Origin: an uncultured Gammaproteobacteria bacterium
GTDB lineage: Bacteria > Patescibacteriota > Microgenomatia > JAMCZE01
NCBI GenBank assembly: GCA_964641255.1
Contig: CAZXMM010000001.1
Coordinates: 473,984 to 537,983 of the forward strand
Direction of reading: 5' to 3'
DNA length: 64,000 nt
Below the pieces are notes generated by a model. The model ran no database searches and was not told where the DNA came from. It was given only the letters and a program-made list of their open reading frames with translations. This document shows, one piece after another, positions 63,318 through 64,000 of the stretch. How positions within the stretch are numbered: position 1 is the first letter of the stretch; every line of letters starts with the position of its first letter. A program made the position numbers and the translations under genes.

Positions 63318-64000
63318 TTATTGGTTATTGCTCTTAATGATTGTTGTTTCTCCGAGGTATACACTATTACTGCCTTCGGGTTTTAGCCCTTCTATTACAG
63401 AAGTTAAGCCCTTGAGCCGAGTTGCATCCTTTAAGCCGGTCTTCTCATCATCCCATACAATGTAATAAGTTTTTTCAATTGGCTCCAGAGGTAATGAACG
63501 TAGCATGATTGGCTGCAATGCTAGGCCCCTGGGTGTAAAGCAGTGGTTATCTTTAATATCTTGAGTGGTAAGGGGCCAACGCTCCTCAATATAGATATTG
63601 CGATTGTGCCAAAACTCAAGCCAAAACGCGTTGGGGTAATGGCTATAGCTCCCCTCTATTATCAGGCAGATAGTTTTATCCTGACTTTCGTTGTGGAGGT
63701 ACTTAAATATAGGTTCAAAACCGTAGCCCGAGGGAAAGCCAGTAACATATTGCCATCTGTCTTCCTCAGGAAATGCCGCAGTTGGAGGATTAAAAAGTAG
63801 GCCATAAGTAAACTGCAGGGGCAGCAGAAGGAGAAGTAGTCCTATCGACAGTGCCATTACCTTTGACTTTCTGACAACTCCACATATTAGGTAGGCTGCG
63901 GAGATTACAAAATAGGGAGCTACAAAAACAATATAGCGGGGGAAATAGATTCTGGCGGCCAAAGAAAAGGCGAGAATGGGAAGAATACCAAGGAGGAACA
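63318..64000 (-). CDS. C-terminal part of a larger membrane protein (likely a GT-C glycosyltransferase); the ORF continues upstream beyond the window edge
   Basis: The frame stays open to position 64000 ('...FLLGILPILAFS' precedes the listed TTG). A hydrophobic segment is followed by a roughly 150-aa soluble C-terminal domain. Confidence 0.4.
   Translation of the reverse strand, partial: FLLGILPILAFSLAARIYFPRYIVFVAPYFVISAAYLICGVVRKSKVMALSIGLLLLLLPLQFTYGLLFNPPTAAFPEEDRWQYVTGFPSGYGFEPIFKYLHNESQDKTICLIIEGSYSHYPNAFWLEFWHNRNIYIEERWPLTTQDIKDNHCFTPRGLALQPIMLRSLPLEPIEKTYYIVWDDEKTGLKDATRLKGLTSVIEGLKPEGSNSVYLGETTIIKSNNQ

Noticed and set aside
1-64000. CRISPR array, rRNA genes, transposase/integrase or prophage genes
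   Set aside because: No regularly spaced direct repeats, no rRNA-like conserved stretches and no recombinase-like ORFs were seen. The only composition anomaly is the 57.65-63.3 kb low-GC glycan island, which has no identifiable mobility gene.

Overview
The window is a 64 kb bacterial chromosomal segment of about 45-48% GC, densely coded mostly on the + strand. It uses the standard genetic code: TAA, TAG and TGA all terminate clearly conserved genes. Gene content and compact protein sizes suggest an uncultivated small-genome bacterium, possibly CPR/Patescibacteria-like or a Gram-positive-like lineage. That lineage call is an inference. There are three blocks. (1) 1-24.3 kb is a large surface-glycan biosynthesis locus. 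It carries at least five GT4 and three GT2 glycosyltransferases, a Dpm1/GtrB-like polyprenol-phosphate sugar synthase, and an initiating polyprenyl-phosphate sugar-phosphotransferase. It also carries a hexapeptide acetyltransferase, a DUF4012-like exported protein, and six or more paralogous polytopic GT-C (PMT/ArnT-like) membrane glycosyltransferases. One of these is fused to an O-antigen-ligase-like domain. (2) 24.3-54.9 kb is housekeeping. It holds recO, a compact T-box-like leader preceding a split MazG-like gene and glyQS, and a near-complete dcw cell-wall cluster: mraZ-rsmH-ftsL-ftsI-murE-pgeF-murI-murD-murC(NUDIX fusion)-(murB antisense)-murA-mraY-ftsW-murG-ftsQ-like-ftsA-ftsZ. It continues with two membrane proteins, a second compact T-box leader preceding ileS, rodA, rplU, a THUMP-type RNA methyltransferase, rpmA, parB, lepB (minus strand) and tRNA-Val(CAC). 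(3) 54.9-64 kb holds a 922-aa secreted BNR-propeller/LCAT-like lipase fusion (minus strand). It is followed by a lower-GC (about 32-35%) island of glycan-tailoring genes: GT2, FkbM methyltransferase, GT4, SAM methyltransferase, GT2, a DPM-like GT2 frameshifted at a G7 tract, a histidine phosphatase and a partial GT-C. No CRISPR array, rRNA or obvious mobile-element gene was seen.
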